Positions 63,061 through 64,000 of a stretch of DNA of 64,000 bases are shown one piece after another. Under the pieces are notes generated by a model. The model made no database searches and had not been told where the DNA came from. It saw only the letters and a list, made by a program, of their open reading frames with translations. The position numbers and the translations under genes were made by a program. This DNA comes from Takakia lepidozioides (taxonomy: Eukaryota; Plantae; Bryophyta), in contig CM060731.1 of the NCBI GenBank assembly GCA_030704615.1, positions 59,768,001 to 59,832,000 of the forward strand, written 5' to 3'. Within the stretch, counting starts at the first letter, position 1, and each line of letters begins with the position of its first letter.

Positions 63061-63754
63061 ATGGCTTACTCTGTAAGAAGAGTGAGGTCCTCCTCGTTGC
63101 AAGACATACGAGTATGCAGAGAGTTGGACCCCTGGCTGGATGTTACGCCGTTCTACAATCCTACTGAGCGCGACAAGGACTCTGATGATCTGCAAACTCA
63201 TATGGATACTACACCAGCTAGTCCCCACAGGGCTTCCCATGGGACGCCCAGATCTTGTCGCACGCTGCGCAAGATCCCAATGTTGCCTCTTGTCCAGTCG
63301 CGGTCTAGATCTCCTGGTCCTAGTCGAGGGGAAGGAAGTCACCACGGTAGCCCTAGCTCTGAGATTCTCTATCCCATGCGTTCAATGCTCGCTGCAAATT
63401 TACCCACATCATCGCTACCAAGAGTGGATTCTCCCCAGTCAGATTCGGCCATGTCGTCTCCCAACTGCAAAGTTCTGTCGTTGACGTTGGAAAATTCAGA
63501 GCGTGTGAAAGCAGGGACCGAGACAGGAATTGGGCCATTTGCGGATTTTGAAGAAAGACTAGAAGCCCCCAAAGGGTCAATTTTACAAGAGAACACTGCT
63601 CCAGCTGAGCCTGTAGCCCAGAACGTGGTGGTGGTGGTTGTTGACGCAGAGAAGCAGTTCGCGACATCCGGCCTGGACTGGGCACTTTTGCATGTTGCTC
63701 GAACGGGGGACGATGTTACAGTTCTTGGGTTCCTTCGAAACGTCATGAGTCCAA
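63061..63754 (+). CDS. First exon of a plant USP-like-domain protein, probably a receptor-like cytoplasmic kinase
   Basis: Open frame with a Ser/Pro-rich N-terminus and then VVVVVDAEKQFATSGLDWALLHVARTGDDVTVLGFLRNVMSP. Donor CCA A|GT at 63754/63755. The kinase domain is inferred from family architecture and is not in the window. Confidence 0.75.
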
Positions 63755-64000
63755 GTACATATTACTCAAATTTGTTGCTTGCCCTCTAGCAGATTACATT
63801 CCTTACGTGTGTTGAAAGGCAACTGGTGTACGTTTTAACTGTAACTTTCTGGATAGCTATACTTTGGGGTAGGTAAGAAAGAGAGAGAGCTTTTGGGTAG
63901 CCAAGATACCAAAGCTTCCTCCATCGTAACTAATCATTGGGGTAGCTTTTCTTACCAGTAGTCCTCCATTTTTGGAGCTCGATGAGCCTTGAAGTAAGAG

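Overview
Eukaryotic, TE-dense window from a plant, most likely a non-seed plant such as a bryophyte. This is inferred from plant-type TOM20, OSB, PPR and USP-kinase sequences, a Tcn1-like chromovirus and TTTAGGG-like repeats. Almost all of it is nested mobile DNA, and the only apparently intact host gene is the first exon of a USP-domain kinase-like gene at the far right (63061-63754). Main points: (1) Two independent Ty3/Gypsy insertions (7815-19230 on +, 37316-41543 on -) share a non-canonical split-terminal-repeat layout, A-internal-B-gc-A-B. Both have 85-bp B repeats, a palindromic GACA-GC-TGTC junction, 4-bp TSDs and a self-complementary primer site instead of a tRNA PBS. This layout is what integration of a 2-LTR circle cut inside one LTR would give. 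(2) The full-length copy encodes a C5 cytosine methyltransferase in frame between protease and RT, has a C-terminal PHD finger, and carries captured URM1 and TOM20 fragments. (3) That retroelement sits in an intron of a spliced gene for a ParB/Srx-domain plus beta-class N6A/N4C DNA methyltransferase-like protein. This gene lies head to head with a MULE-like transposase, and its introns hold about 12 copies of a 24-bp palindrome. The rest comprises CACTA, Sola-like, piggyBac (a transposase relic and a TTAA MITE), PIF/Harbinger with a nested Tcn1-like chromovirus, hAT-like MITEs, a tRNA-derived SINE-like family and tandem repeats. All calls were made by eye from motifs, and no database searches were run.
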